Position numbers and translations under genes: made by a program | NCBI GenBank assembly: GCA_003154115.1 | Contig: PMCF01000212.1 | Span: forward strand, 1,277-65,276 | Length of the DNA stretch: 64,000 bases | Direction: 5' to 3' | From: Anaerolineae bacterium | GTDB lineage: Bacteria > Chloroflexota > Anaerolineae > Fen-1058 | The notes under the pieces: generated by a model | Told to the model about the DNA's origin: nothing | Databases searched by the model: none | Seen by the model: the letters and a program-made list of their open reading frames with translations, nothing else | Part shown: positions 44,637 through 54,151 of the stretch, piece by piece | Layout of the letters: the number at the start of each line of letters is the position of its first letter | Position numbering within the stretch: position 1 is the stretch's first letter

Positions 44637-47600
44637 CTGTAATGGAGGATTCGTGACAACTAATCCTATTTTACGCTCTCAAGGGCTTATCGCCCAACAA
44701 GTCCGCAGCGCACGCCGAGTGGCGATCCTGCTGCTCGTGGCGGTGGTGCCGTCGATCGGGTTGCTCGGCTTCCTGGCTTATCAGTCCCGCGCCTGGCAGC
44801 TCGTCGTCGAGACGGCGAACATGACGGCTTACGGTGTCGCGCTCCTCGTCAGTTTCAGATTGATCCGGCGCAATCGCGTTCTGTTAGGGATGCAGATCCT
44901 CCTGATCGGCATGGGATTGGGCTTGCTCGCGCTCAACCTCCTCATAGGGGGGCTGGGTATTTTGCTGGGCATTGCCGTCAGCTTGCTGATCACGGCCATC
45001 GCCACTCTGACGTTGCCGGAGCGGGTGGTTACTCCTGCGATTATCATCTCGTTTGGGCTGGGATTGTTTATCGTTTTGCTGGACACACTCCTGCCTGCGT
45101 ATCGCCTGCTCGTACCGGCCTTGAATGTTTATGTGCCGGGAGTTGTTGTTGTCCTAGCTGTCGTGTGTATTTACTTGATCGTGCGGCAATTTGGTTCTTT
45201 TTCAATGCGCGGCAAGCTAAGTTTGACGCTGCTGCTAGTGGCGATCGTGCCCGTCATTCTGCAAGCGGTTGCCTTTACGCTCCTGGCGCAGTCTCGTCTT
45301 ACCAGTATCAGTCAACAAGATTTGTTGTCATCCGCCAAACAAACCGCGGGCCGCATCAATCGCTTCATCGACGATGGCCTGCTTGATGTCCGGTCGAGCA
45401 CCCTATTACTGGATGTGATTGACCTACTCTCTGCACCGGCCGATAAACGCGATACCACTAAGGTGGCGGCCATCTTCGATGCGTTGAGCGGCCGGAGTCG
45501 ATATATTCAATCCTATGCCGTGTTTGATACGACCGGGATCGATGTATTCGACACGAGCCGGTCGAACATCGGCACTAACCAGCTGAATCGGCCTTATATT
45601 CAGAATCCGCTGCAGACGAGCAAGCCCTATGTCTCAGACGTACTGTTTGATCAAGTGACTGGCGAGGGGTTACTCCACTTTAGCGCGCCCGTGCGCGCGG
45701 CCAACGGTGACTTAATCGGGATTGCAGAGGTGGCTTATAGCGTCACGGCCTTGCAGGACCTGGTCGCGCAATCTTCAGATCTAAAAAATACCGGGCAATT
45801 CGGCCTGCTATTTGACGAGAATCACTTCCGCCTAGCTGATGGCTCAAATACCACCGACCAGCTACCTTTCAAGCTAACTATGCCGTTAACCCCGGAGCAG
45901 CTGACTACCTTACGCGCAGCTCAGCGCCTGCCAGCGGGTGACATCACCAAACTCACAGCGAATTTGCCCGATCTCGACAAGGGGCTTCAGCAGGCCACCC
46001 AACAGTCGTTCTTTGTCGCCGAAGCAGGTGAAACCGTCAACCAAGGCGAAAGCAGTGAAGCACCCGATCAAATGGCGGTGTTCAAGCTCGGCTCGCGCCC
46101 CTGGTTGGTCGTCTTCGGCGAAACGCAAAGCGCTCTGCTGTCTCCCGTAACTGATCTGGCGCGCAGCTCACTGTTCCTCGTCTTGGCGATCAGCGCGGTT
46201 ACCATCTTCATCGCCGCTCGCGTCTCGCGCGCGCTGGCTCGCCCTATTTTGAGTCTGAATGAGGCTGCTGGTAAAGTGGCTCAGGGCGATCTGTCGGTGC
46301 GGGCGATCGTTAACACGGCCGACGAGACCGGCCTGCTGGCCGCGACCTTCAACAGTATGACCGAACAGCTCGGCAGTATGGTAACCACCCTGGAAGATCG
46401 GGTGCAAGCCCGCACCGAGCAGCTGCGGGCCAGCGCCGAAGTAGGCCATGCCGCCACTTCGATCTTGAATCCCGATCAGCTGCTGAAGCAAGTCGTCGAT
46501 CTGATCACCGCGCGTTTCGGATTTTACTATACCGCCGTCTTTGTGGTGGACGAAGAGAACCAGCAGGCAGTTTTGCGCGCCGCCACGGGCGAAGCCGGCC
46601 ATGTCCTGTTGGAGCGCGGCCATCGCCTGCCACTGAATGGGGAATCGATGGTGGGTACCGTGATAGCCACGAGCCTCCCCAAAATTGCGCTGGATATGGG
46701 TGAAGACGCCGTGCGCTTTGTCAATCCGTTGCTGCCCAAGACCCGATCGGAAATTGCCCTGCCCTTGCGGGTGGGCGATCGCAACCTGGGCGCGCTGGAC
46801 GTCCAGTCCGAACAGGCGGACGCGTTCGATGAATCTAATGCGGAAGCGTTGCAAGCCATGGCCGATCAGATTGCGGTGGCTTTATTCAACGCCGAAACCT
46901 TCAATCGTTCAGAACAGCAAGCGCGCTCGCTAGCCAAACTCAATCAACTCAGCCGCGAATTGGCGCAAGCCGCCACCCGCGAGAGCGTGGCCTTCGCCGT
47001 CGCCCAGGCCGTCGTTGAGCTGATGGGGCCTAACCGCCTGGCGTTGGTCGAAACGACCCCTAACCCGCAGCTGCTATCGGCGCGCACTCTCTGGCCCGAC
47101 GCCAACCGCCCACTGGGCGAACCCCAGCCCATCCCGGCCAGCAGCTCGCTCAGTGGTGAATGCCTGAAACTCGGTGAGCGCATCTATATTCCCGACTCAA
47201 ACACCGTGCTGGACAAGTATGAAGATGTGGCCCTAACCCACGCGCTCGGGGTGCGATCCAATGTTGCAATCCCTCTGCGCATTGGCGAGCGTGTCATCGG
47301 CACGTTCAACGTAGCAAGTGATCGTCTGAATGCCTATACGCCTGAGCAGCTCAGCCAGCTGGAACAAGTCGCCGCGCAAGTGGCGGTCACTCTGGATAGT
47401 TTGAATCTGACTAAACAAACCCAACAGGCCCTAACAGAACTGGACGCCGCCAATCGCCGCCTGATGGGACAAGTCTGGTCGACCTATACCCAGTCGGACA
47501 GATTGGTCGCTGCCGAATGGCGGAATGGAGAATGGATCACAACGCACAGACAAGGACTCTCTGCAAAAGCCGCGCAGAGCCAAGCGCTGGTGTCCGCAGC

Positions 47601-48024
47601 TAGTGCAGCCTTTTCGCCCCAAGCCATTAAGCTACCGATCAAAGTGCGCGGTGCCACTATCGGCGAATTTAGTGTTGCGCCGGATCAGGGGCAGGCCGAC
47701 TGGAACTCGGAAGAGGTGGCTTTTGCACAGGCCTTGATCGATCAGGTCGGACAAGTGCTTGAGAATGCTCGCCTGTTGGAAGACACTGAACGATCGGCTC
47801 AGCGCGAGAAAGCTGTGGCTGGTGCGGCCGACAAGATTCACCGCGCGACTGATATTGAAACGGTGTTGCAGTCTGCCATCACCGAGTTGAACCGGATTAC
47901 GGGCCGAAGTGGCATCAGCATTCAGCTGGGATTCGGCCACGCTGACGTGCAGCGCAACCTGTCAGCTGGCAGCGGTCAGCGCACGGGCCAACCACGCCAC
48001 GAGGGACCGGAAGGAGATCGGTAA
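44620..48024 (+). CDS. array member H: polytopic N-domain + Cache-like sensor + TM + HAMP + signature GAF + GAF + half-GAF, no recognisable output domain
   Basis: The start is ambiguous: ATG 44620 overlaps G by 17 nt, and GTG 44653 follows GGAGGA. HAMP segment (RPILSLNEAAGKVAQGDLSVRA). Signature GAF (LRAATGEAG, RFVNPLLPKTRSEIALPL). RRLMGQVW segment. C-terminal cap present. Confidence 0.8.
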   Translation: MVMATSCNGGFVTTNPILRSQGLIAQQVRSARRVAILLLVAVVPSIGLLGFLAYQSRAWQLVVETANMTAYGVALLVSFRLIRRNRVLLGMQILLIGMGLGLLALNLLIGGLGILLGIAVSLLITAIATLTLPERVVTPAIIISFGLGLFIVLLDTLLPAYRLLVPALNVYVPGVVVVLAVVCIYLIVRQFGSFSMRGKLSLTLLLVAIVPVILQAVAFTLLAQSRLTSISQQDLLSSAKQTAGRINRFIDDGLLDVRSSTLLLDVIDLLSAPADKRDTTKVAAIFDALSGRSRYIQSYAVFDTTGIDVFDTSRSNIGTNQLNRPYIQNPLQTSKPYVSDVLFDQVTGEGLLHFSAPVRAANGDLIGIAEVAYSVTALQDLVAQSSDLKNTGQFGLLFDENHFRLADGSNTTDQLPFKLTMPLTPEQLTTLRAAQRLPAGDITKLTANLPDLDKGLQQATQQSFFVAEAGETVNQGESSEAPDQMAVFKLGSRPWLVVFGETQSALLSPVTDLARSSLFLVLAISAVTIFIAARVSRALARPILSLNEAAGKVAQGDLSVRAIVNTADETGLLAATFNSMTEQLGSMVTTLEDRVQARTEQLRASAEVGHAATSILNPDQLLKQVVDLITARFGFYYTAVFVVDEENQQAVLRAATGEAGHVLLERGHRLPLNGESMVGTVIATSLPKIALDMGEDAVRFVNPLLPKTRSEIALPLRVGDRNLGALDVQSEQADAFDESNAEALQAMADQIAVALFNAETFNRSEQQARSLAKLNQLSRELAQAATRESVAFAVAQAVVELMGPNRLALVETTPNPQLLSARTLWPDANRPLGEPQPIPASSSLSGECLKLGERIYIPDSNTVLDKYEDVALTHALGVRSNVAIPLRIGERVIGTFNVASDRLNAYTPEQLSQLEQVAAQVAVTLDSLNLTKQTQQALTELDAANRRLMGQVWSTYTQSDRLVAAEWRNGEWITTHRQGLSAKAAQSQALVSAASAAFSPQAIKLPIKVRGATIGEFSVAPDQGQADWNSEEVAFAQALIDQVGQVLENARLLEDTERSAQREKAVAGAADKIHRATDIETVLQSAITELNRITGRSGISIQLGFGHADVQRNLSAGSGQRTGQPRHEGPEGDR

Positions 48025-48025
48025 T

Positions 48026-51000
48026 ATGCAGCACCTAGCGACGATCATTCGAGAACAGATTGATACGCTGGTCGATCAGTATGATGCGCGGCTGCACAGC
48101 CTGCCCGGCTACAGCAGCTTACCGGAAGCAATGCGGCGTGACTTGGAACGCCACTTTCTCAATCTGATCGCCGAGTCTTTGGAAGCCGGTGATTACAACC
48201 TGCTGGTGCAATACGCCCAACAGCGCGCCAGGCAATGGGCTGCACAGGGGTTGAATCTGGTGTGGTTTCAACAAGTGCTCACCGTGCCCGAAGAACTCTT
48301 GGTGCCGTTAGTCCAATCGGTTGAGACCAGCAACTTCGTGTGGCAGGCGCTCAATCGCAGCCAGAGTGTGGTCTGGCAAATGCTGGCCGAGCGTACGCAC
48401 CAGACCGAAGAGCGCTTCCGCTCGATCGTGGAAACCGCTCACAGCGGCATCATGATTGTCGATGACCAGTTCCACCTCATCTACGCCAACGAACAGCTCA
48501 CTCACATCTCCGGCTACAGTCAGGCCGAATTGATCGGCGCCGACTTCCGCCAATTGCTCGACGAAGACAGCCGCCGGCTTGTCGCCGATCACTACGTGCG
48601 CGGCCAACAGGGCGAAGAGGTATCGGCAGATTACGAGATTGCCTTCATCCACAAAGACGGCCAAAAACGCTACGTGGAAATGAGCGCCGTGCTGCTCCGG
48701 GAGGCGAGCGGTAGGCAACAAACGGTTGCCCAGGTGCTGGATGTGAGCGATCACAAACAGTCCGAACAAGCGCTGCGCGACAGTCAACAACTCCTGCAGT
48801 CGGTCATGGACAATATTCCACAAGCAGTCTTTTGGAAGGATCGCCAGCTCAGATACCTGGGCTGCAACCAGGCCTTTGCCGAGGACACCGGGCTGAACTT
48901 GCCACAGATCATCGTCGGCAAGACCGATTACGATATGCCCTGGCGAACGCAGGCCGAGCTCTATCGCGCCGACGATCAACACGTCATGGACTCGGGTGCA
49001 GCCAAGGTCAATTACGAAGAACAGCAGACCACACCGTCCGGCGAGACAACCTGGCGGCGCACCAGCAAGATTCCGATGCATGACGCCGACAGCAACGTGA
49101 TCGCTGTCCTGGGCATGTATGAAGACATCACCGAACACAAGCGTGTGGAAACGGCGCTGCGCGAAAACGAGTCGAGGCTGCGGGCCATCTACGAAGGCTC
49201 AAACGATGCGATTATGCTGCTCAATGCGCGGGGCTTCTTTGACTGTAACTCCTACACACTCAAGCTCTTTGGAGTGGCGAGTAAAGAAGAGTTTATCCGC
49301 TTCCATCCTGCCGATCTATCGCCGGCCCAGCAACCGGACGGACAAGATTCGCAGACTGCATCGCAACAAAAAATTCAAATCGCCTATCAACAAGGGCACA
49401 TTCGTTTTGAATGGGTTCATCGACGCGTGACTGGCGAAAATTTCCCGGCTGAAGTATTGCTCTCAGCCTTCGAGTATGGCGGCGAGCAAGTGCTGCAAGC
49501 CACCGTGCACGACATCACTGAACGCAAGCAGTTGGAGCAACGCATGCGAAAATCGCTTGAACTGCGGGAACAGCAAGTTCGATCCAGCACGGAAGTATCG
49601 CAAGAAATTGCCGCTGCCCCGGATCTGAACGAACTCTTCAAGCGAGTCGTCACGCTCATCAAGGAACGCTTCAACTACTACCATGCGCAGATCTTCCGCT
49701 ACGATCCAGTGTGCGACGCCGTCGTGTTGGTAACCGGCTATGGGGAGGTCGGTCAACGCCTGCTCGCCGATAAGCACCAGCTGTCCATGGGCCGCGGGGT
49801 GGTTGGCACGGCGGCGGCGAATGGTCAATCGATTCTGGCCACCGATGTGACCCAAGCTGAAGACTGGCGCCCCAATCCCCATCTGCCTGACACCAAAGGC
49901 GAGTTGGCGGTGCCCATCAAACTGCGTGACGAGGTGTTGGGCATCCTCGACGTGCAAAGCGATCGGGCCGGGACACTCAGCGATGACGATCGGTTGCTGC
50001 TGGAAGGTCTGTGCGGCCAGATCGCCATCGCCATCAACAGCAAGGAGGCCGAAGAGGCATTGGCACGTGAGCAGTACCTCATGCACGCCCTGATGGATAG
50101 CGTTCCTGACTATATCTACTTCAAGGATCGGGAAAGCCGCTTCATCAGAATCAGTAAGGCGCACGCCCAAGCGTTCGGCCTGAACGACCCTGCCCAGACG
50201 GTGGGCAAGACAGACTTTGACTTTTTCACCGAGGAACACGCCCGGCCAGCGTACGAGGATGAGCAAGAGATTATTCGTACCGGCCAATCGATCTCCAAAG
50301 AGGAAAAGGAGACACGACCTGATCAGCCCGATAGATGGGTGTTGACGACCAAGCTACCGTTGCGGGATGAGGCCGACAACATTGTCGGCACGTTTGGCAT
50401 GTCCAGAGACATCACCGACCGCAAGCAATCCGAACTAAGACTCCAAGAGCTGCTGGAAAAGGTGCAGCAGTCTGAGCAGCTGATGCGCACCTTGATCGAT
50501 GCCATGCCGGACGAAATTTATGCCAAAGATACTCAGGGCCGGCTTATTCTGGCCAATACGGCAGAAGCGCACCAGCGCGGTGTGGCCTCACCTGAGATGC
50601 TCATCAGTCAAAGCGACTTTGACTTTTACCCCCGCGAGCTGGCCGAGCAATATTTCGCCGCCGAACAGCCCATCTATCAGGAAGGCCAGTCACTGCTAAA
50701 CTTCGAAGAGCAAAGCCTGAATGCAGAAGGCCGCTTAACCTGGCATGCCTCTACCAAAGTTCCACTGCGCGACAATCAGGGACAGATCATCGGATTGGTG
50801 GGCAGGACCACCGACATCACCGAACGTAAACTGGCCGAAGCAGCGTTGGCTGAGGAGCGCAACCGGCTGCGCACCCTCATCGACAACTTGCCCGTCTCGG
50901 TGTTCATCAAAGATCGGGACAGCCGGTTCATGGTCAACAACGCCGTGCACTTGCGCATTCTAGGCGCAGCAGCGCAAGAAGAAGTAAGTGGCAAATGGGA

Positions 51001-54000
51001 CTTTGATTACTTCCCGCAGGAATTGGCGGCGCAATACTATGCGGACGAACAGGAACTCATGCGCATCGGTCAGCCGCTGTTCAACCGAGAGGAGTTCGTC
51101 GTCGACCAATCCACGGGCAAGCGACAATGGGCACTTAGCACTAAGGTTCCGTTACGAGACAGTCACAGCCAGGTCACCGGATTCCTGGGCTTCACACAAG
51201 ACATCACAGAACGCAAACTGGCCGAACAGGCCCTGCAGCGCAATGAAGCGGAGCTGTCAGAAGCGCTGCGCATCGCCCACCTTGCCGACTGGTCCTACGA
51301 CGTCCCGACCGACACGTTCACCTTCAACGATCAGTTCTATGCGTTGATGCGCACCACCGCCGAACGTGAAGGCGGGTATACCATGTCGTCGGCGCAGTAC
51401 GCCCAACGGTTTGTCCATCCCGAAGATGCACCGATCGTTGGCGCTGAAATCGTCAAGGCGCTGGAAACCACTAATCCCGACTATCGCGCCCAGGTCGATC
51501 ATCGCGTCTACTTCGGCGACGGCGAACTGGGTTACGTCACCATCCGCTTCTCCATCGAGAAGGATGAACAAGGCCGTACCGTGCGGACGCACGGCGCGAA
51601 CCAGGACATCACCGACCGCAAGACCGCCGAAGCAGAATTGCAGCGCTCTGAGCAGCTGATGCGCACTTTGATCGATGCCCTACCGGATCACATCTATGCT
51701 AAAGATCCAGAGGGACGACTGACCTTGGTCAACTTGGCCGAGGCGCGATTGCACGGCGTCGATACACCCGAAATGCTTGTCGGAAAAAGCGATTTCGATT
51801 TCTACCCGCGCGAACTGGCCGAACAGTATCGCGCTTCCGAATTGCCCATTCTGCGTGACGGCGTGCCGTTGGTGAATCATGAAGAACCCAACATGGATGC
51901 AACAGGTCAAGCGCGCTGGAATTCCACGACCAAGGTGCCACTGCGCGACAATGGGGGACAAATCATCGGGTTGGTGGGGATTACGCGCGACGTCACCGAA
52001 CGTAAACTGGCCGAAGCCGAACGCGAACAAATATTGACCGATCAGCAAAGGCGCGCTGTGCAACTTCAGACGGCGGCCGAGGTTGGCCGGGTCGCCACCT
52101 CGATCCTGAATCCCGAACAATTGCTGGATGAGATCGTCACACTCGTCGCCGCGCGCTTTGGCTTCTACCATGTGGCGGCTTTCACCGTGGATGAATCCGG
52201 CCGTTGGGCCCAGCTCCGTGCCGCCACCGGCGAAGTGGGACAGCAGCTGCTAGACCGCGGCCAGGCGCTGGGAATTCGTGGAAAATCGCTCGTGGGCAAC
52301 GCGATTCGACAACGCCAACCGCGGATTGCGCTCGATGTCGGCCCTGAAGCGGTGCACTTTGATGATCCGCTGTTGCCCGTCACTCGTTCGGAGATCGCCT
52401 TGCCGCTGATCGCCGGCGATCAGGTACTGGGTGCCCTCGACCTGCACTCCACCTTGCCGGCGGCCTTCGATGAGAACTCCGCCATCTTGTTGCAGAGCAT
52501 GGCCGATCAAATCGCGGTCGCACTCAACACGGCCGAGCAATATCAGCGCGAGCAAGCTCATGTCGAGCAAACCAATCGACTCATGCAGATTGTGATTGAC
52601 TTGTCCGAGCGAACCGATCGGGCCGGGCTGCAAAATCGGCTGGTTCGGTCCGCTCTCTCGCTGCTCGACACGGATCGTGCTCAATTCTGGCTGAAGGGCG
52701 CCAGCGGCCTCGAACTGAAAGCCGCCCAGAGTGTCCGGCCCGGGGCGGACCAGAGCTTGGCGATCAGCCAGGAACTCGCCGATCGGGTCTACCGCACCGG
52801 CCTCCCCCTGCGCCTGGACAGTCCCCCGGTTCAAACCGGTTATGCGAGCCGCATCACCGATGTGCCGTTCAACGCCGCGCTCATGGCGCCCATCAGTTGG
52901 CAGGGCCATACCACCGGCGTGTTGAGCGTCATGCGCTCGCAGCCGGGCCGCCCATTCACCCAGGACGACGAGAACTCCGTTCAACTGTTAGCTGCGCAGG
53001 CGGCCGCTGCGCTTGAGAACATTACGCTGGCCGAGCAACAGCAGCACCGCGCCGTGCAATTGCAGACCGCCGCCGAAGTCTCGCAGGTCGCCTCGTCAAT
53101 CCTGAATCTTGACGCCCTGTTGCCGCAAGCCGCCGAACTGGTTCGCTCCCGTTTTGACCTCTACTACGTCGGCATCTTCCTCATCGACGAAGCAGAGCGG
53201 TGGGCAGTACTCCGGGCCGGCACGGGCGACGCCGGACAACAGATGCTGGCCAACGGGCACAAATTGAAGATCGGCGAAGCTTCGATGATCAGCCAGTGCA
53301 TTGTCAAACAACAGGCGCGGATCGCGCTCGACGTCGGCGCAGAAGCCATTCGCTTCGATAACCCGCGGCTGCCGTTAACCCGCTCAGAGTTGGCGCTGCC
53401 GCTCGTCAGTCGCCGGCGTGTCATTGGCGCGGTGACCATCCAATCCGATCAGCCGGCCGCCTTCACGTCGGATGATATTACCGGGTTGCAAACCATGGCC
53501 GATCAAATCGGCAACGCCGTGGAGAATGCCCGGCTGTACGAGCAATCCAATGCGGCCCTCCAAGAAGTGGATGCGCTCAATCGCCGCCTAACCGGCGAGG
53601 CCTGGGAATCGTATTTGCACCGCCAGAGCGGGCAACAAGTCATCAGCGTTACCGATAACAGCCAGACAGCGCCGGACCTGCTGCCCCAGCTCGACGGCCT
53701 GCTAGCTGCAGGCGAGATCGTTGTCGAACCCGCCGAAGATGATCAATCGGAAGCGACGGTCACCGCGCCCATCCTGCTGCGCGGCCAACCGATCGGCGCG
53801 CTGCGCATGCGGACACCGCTCGACACCTGGGACAAGGACACCGAAGCCGTCTTGACCGGCATTGCGGGCCACATCGCACAGGCCGTAGAAAACGCCCGAT
53901 TGATCGAGCAGACCCAACGCACGGCCTCACGCGAACGCGCCATCAACGAGATCAATGCCCGGGTGCGCCAGACTATCGACCTGGATGCCATCCTGCGCAC

Positions 54001-54151
54001 CGCCGTCAACGAACTGGGGCAGTCGCTCAAAGCCGCGCGGGTGACAGCGCATATCAACGTGGCCGACAGCGACCAGTCGTCCCGCCGCTACGCGGATATG
54101 GGAAGCCAGCCTGACGCAGCCGGCAGCCCACGAGGGAACGATCATGACTAG
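48026..54151 (+). CDS. array member I: RsbRD_N-like N-domain + 8 PAS + 4 GAF modules + half-GAF (2041 aa), no recognisable output domain
   Basis: ORF 47909..54151 trimmed to ATG 48026, which lies 1 nt after the stop of H and is preceded by GGAAGGAGA. It carries cassette-1 GAF (YYHAQIFRY), two signature GAFs (LRAATGEVG, LRAGTGDAG), the RRLTGEAW segment and the C-terminal cap. Confidence 0.85.
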   Translation: MQHLATIIREQIDTLVDQYDARLHSLPGYSSLPEAMRRDLERHFLNLIAESLEAGDYNLLVQYAQQRARQWAAQGLNLVWFQQVLTVPEELLVPLVQSVETSNFVWQALNRSQSVVWQMLAERTHQTEERFRSIVETAHSGIMIVDDQFHLIYANEQLTHISGYSQAELIGADFRQLLDEDSRRLVADHYVRGQQGEEVSADYEIAFIHKDGQKRYVEMSAVLLREASGRQQTVAQVLDVSDHKQSEQALRDSQQLLQSVMDNIPQAVFWKDRQLRYLGCNQAFAEDTGLNLPQIIVGKTDYDMPWRTQAELYRADDQHVMDSGAAKVNYEEQQTTPSGETTWRRTSKIPMHDADSNVIAVLGMYEDITEHKRVETALRENESRLRAIYEGSNDAIMLLNARGFFDCNSYTLKLFGVASKEEFIRFHPADLSPAQQPDGQDSQTASQQKIQIAYQQGHIRFEWVHRRVTGENFPAEVLLSAFEYGGEQVLQATVHDITERKQLEQRMRKSLELREQQVRSSTEVSQEIAAAPDLNELFKRVVTLIKERFNYYHAQIFRYDPVCDAVVLVTGYGEVGQRLLADKHQLSMGRGVVGTAAANGQSILATDVTQAEDWRPNPHLPDTKGELAVPIKLRDEVLGILDVQSDRAGTLSDDDRLLLEGLCGQIAIAINSKEAEEALAREQYLMHALMDSVPDYIYFKDRESRFIRISKAHAQAFGLNDPAQTVGKTDFDFFTEEHARPAYEDEQEIIRTGQSISKEEKETRPDQPDRWVLTTKLPLRDEADNIVGTFGMSRDITDRKQSELRLQELLEKVQQSEQLMRTLIDAMPDEIYAKDTQGRLILANTAEAHQRGVASPEMLISQSDFDFYPRELAEQYFAAEQPIYQEGQSLLNFEEQSLNAEGRLTWHASTKVPLRDNQGQIIGLVGRTTDITERKLAEAALAEERNRLRTLIDNLPVSVFIKDRDSRFMVNNAVHLRILGAAAQEEVSGKWDFDYFPQELAAQYYADEQELMRIGQPLFNREEFVVDQSTGKRQWALSTKVPLRDSHSQVTGFLGFTQDITERKLAEQALQRNEAELSEALRIAHLADWSYDVPTDTFTFNDQFYALMRTTAEREGGYTMSSAQYAQRFVHPEDAPIVGAEIVKALETTNPDYRAQVDHRVYFGDGELGYVTIRFSIEKDEQGRTVRTHGANQDITDRKTAEAELQRSEQLMRTLIDALPDHIYAKDPEGRLTLVNLAEARLHGVDTPEMLVGKSDFDFYPRELAEQYRASELPILRDGVPLVNHEEPNMDATGQARWNSTTKVPLRDNGGQIIGLVGITRDVTERKLAEAEREQILTDQQRRAVQLQTAAEVGRVATSILNPEQLLDEIVTLVAARFGFYHVAAFTVDESGRWAQLRAATGEVGQQLLDRGQALGIRGKSLVGNAIRQRQPRIALDVGPEAVHFDDPLLPVTRSEIALPLIAGDQVLGALDLHSTLPAAFDENSAILLQSMADQIAVALNTAEQYQREQAHVEQTNRLMQIVIDLSERTDRAGLQNRLVRSALSLLDTDRAQFWLKGASGLELKAAQSVRPGADQSLAISQELADRVYRTGLPLRLDSPPVQTGYASRITDVPFNAALMAPISWQGHTTGVLSVMRSQPGRPFTQDDENSVQLLAAQAAAALENITLAEQQQHRAVQLQTAAEVSQVASSILNLDALLPQAAELVRSRFDLYYVGIFLIDEAERWAVLRAGTGDAGQQMLANGHKLKIGEASMISQCIVKQQARIALDVGAEAIRFDNPRLPLTRSELALPLVSRRRVIGAVTIQSDQPAAFTSDDITGLQTMADQIGNAVENARLYEQSNAALQEVDALNRRLTGEAWESYLHRQSGQQVISVTDNSQTAPDLLPQLDGLLAAGEIVVEPAEDDQSEATVTAPILLRGQPIGALRMRTPLDTWDKDTEAVLTGIAGHIAQAVENARLIEQTQRTASRERAINEINARVRQTIDLDAILRTAVNELGQSLKAARVTAHINVADSDQSSRRYADMGSQPDAAGSPRGNDHD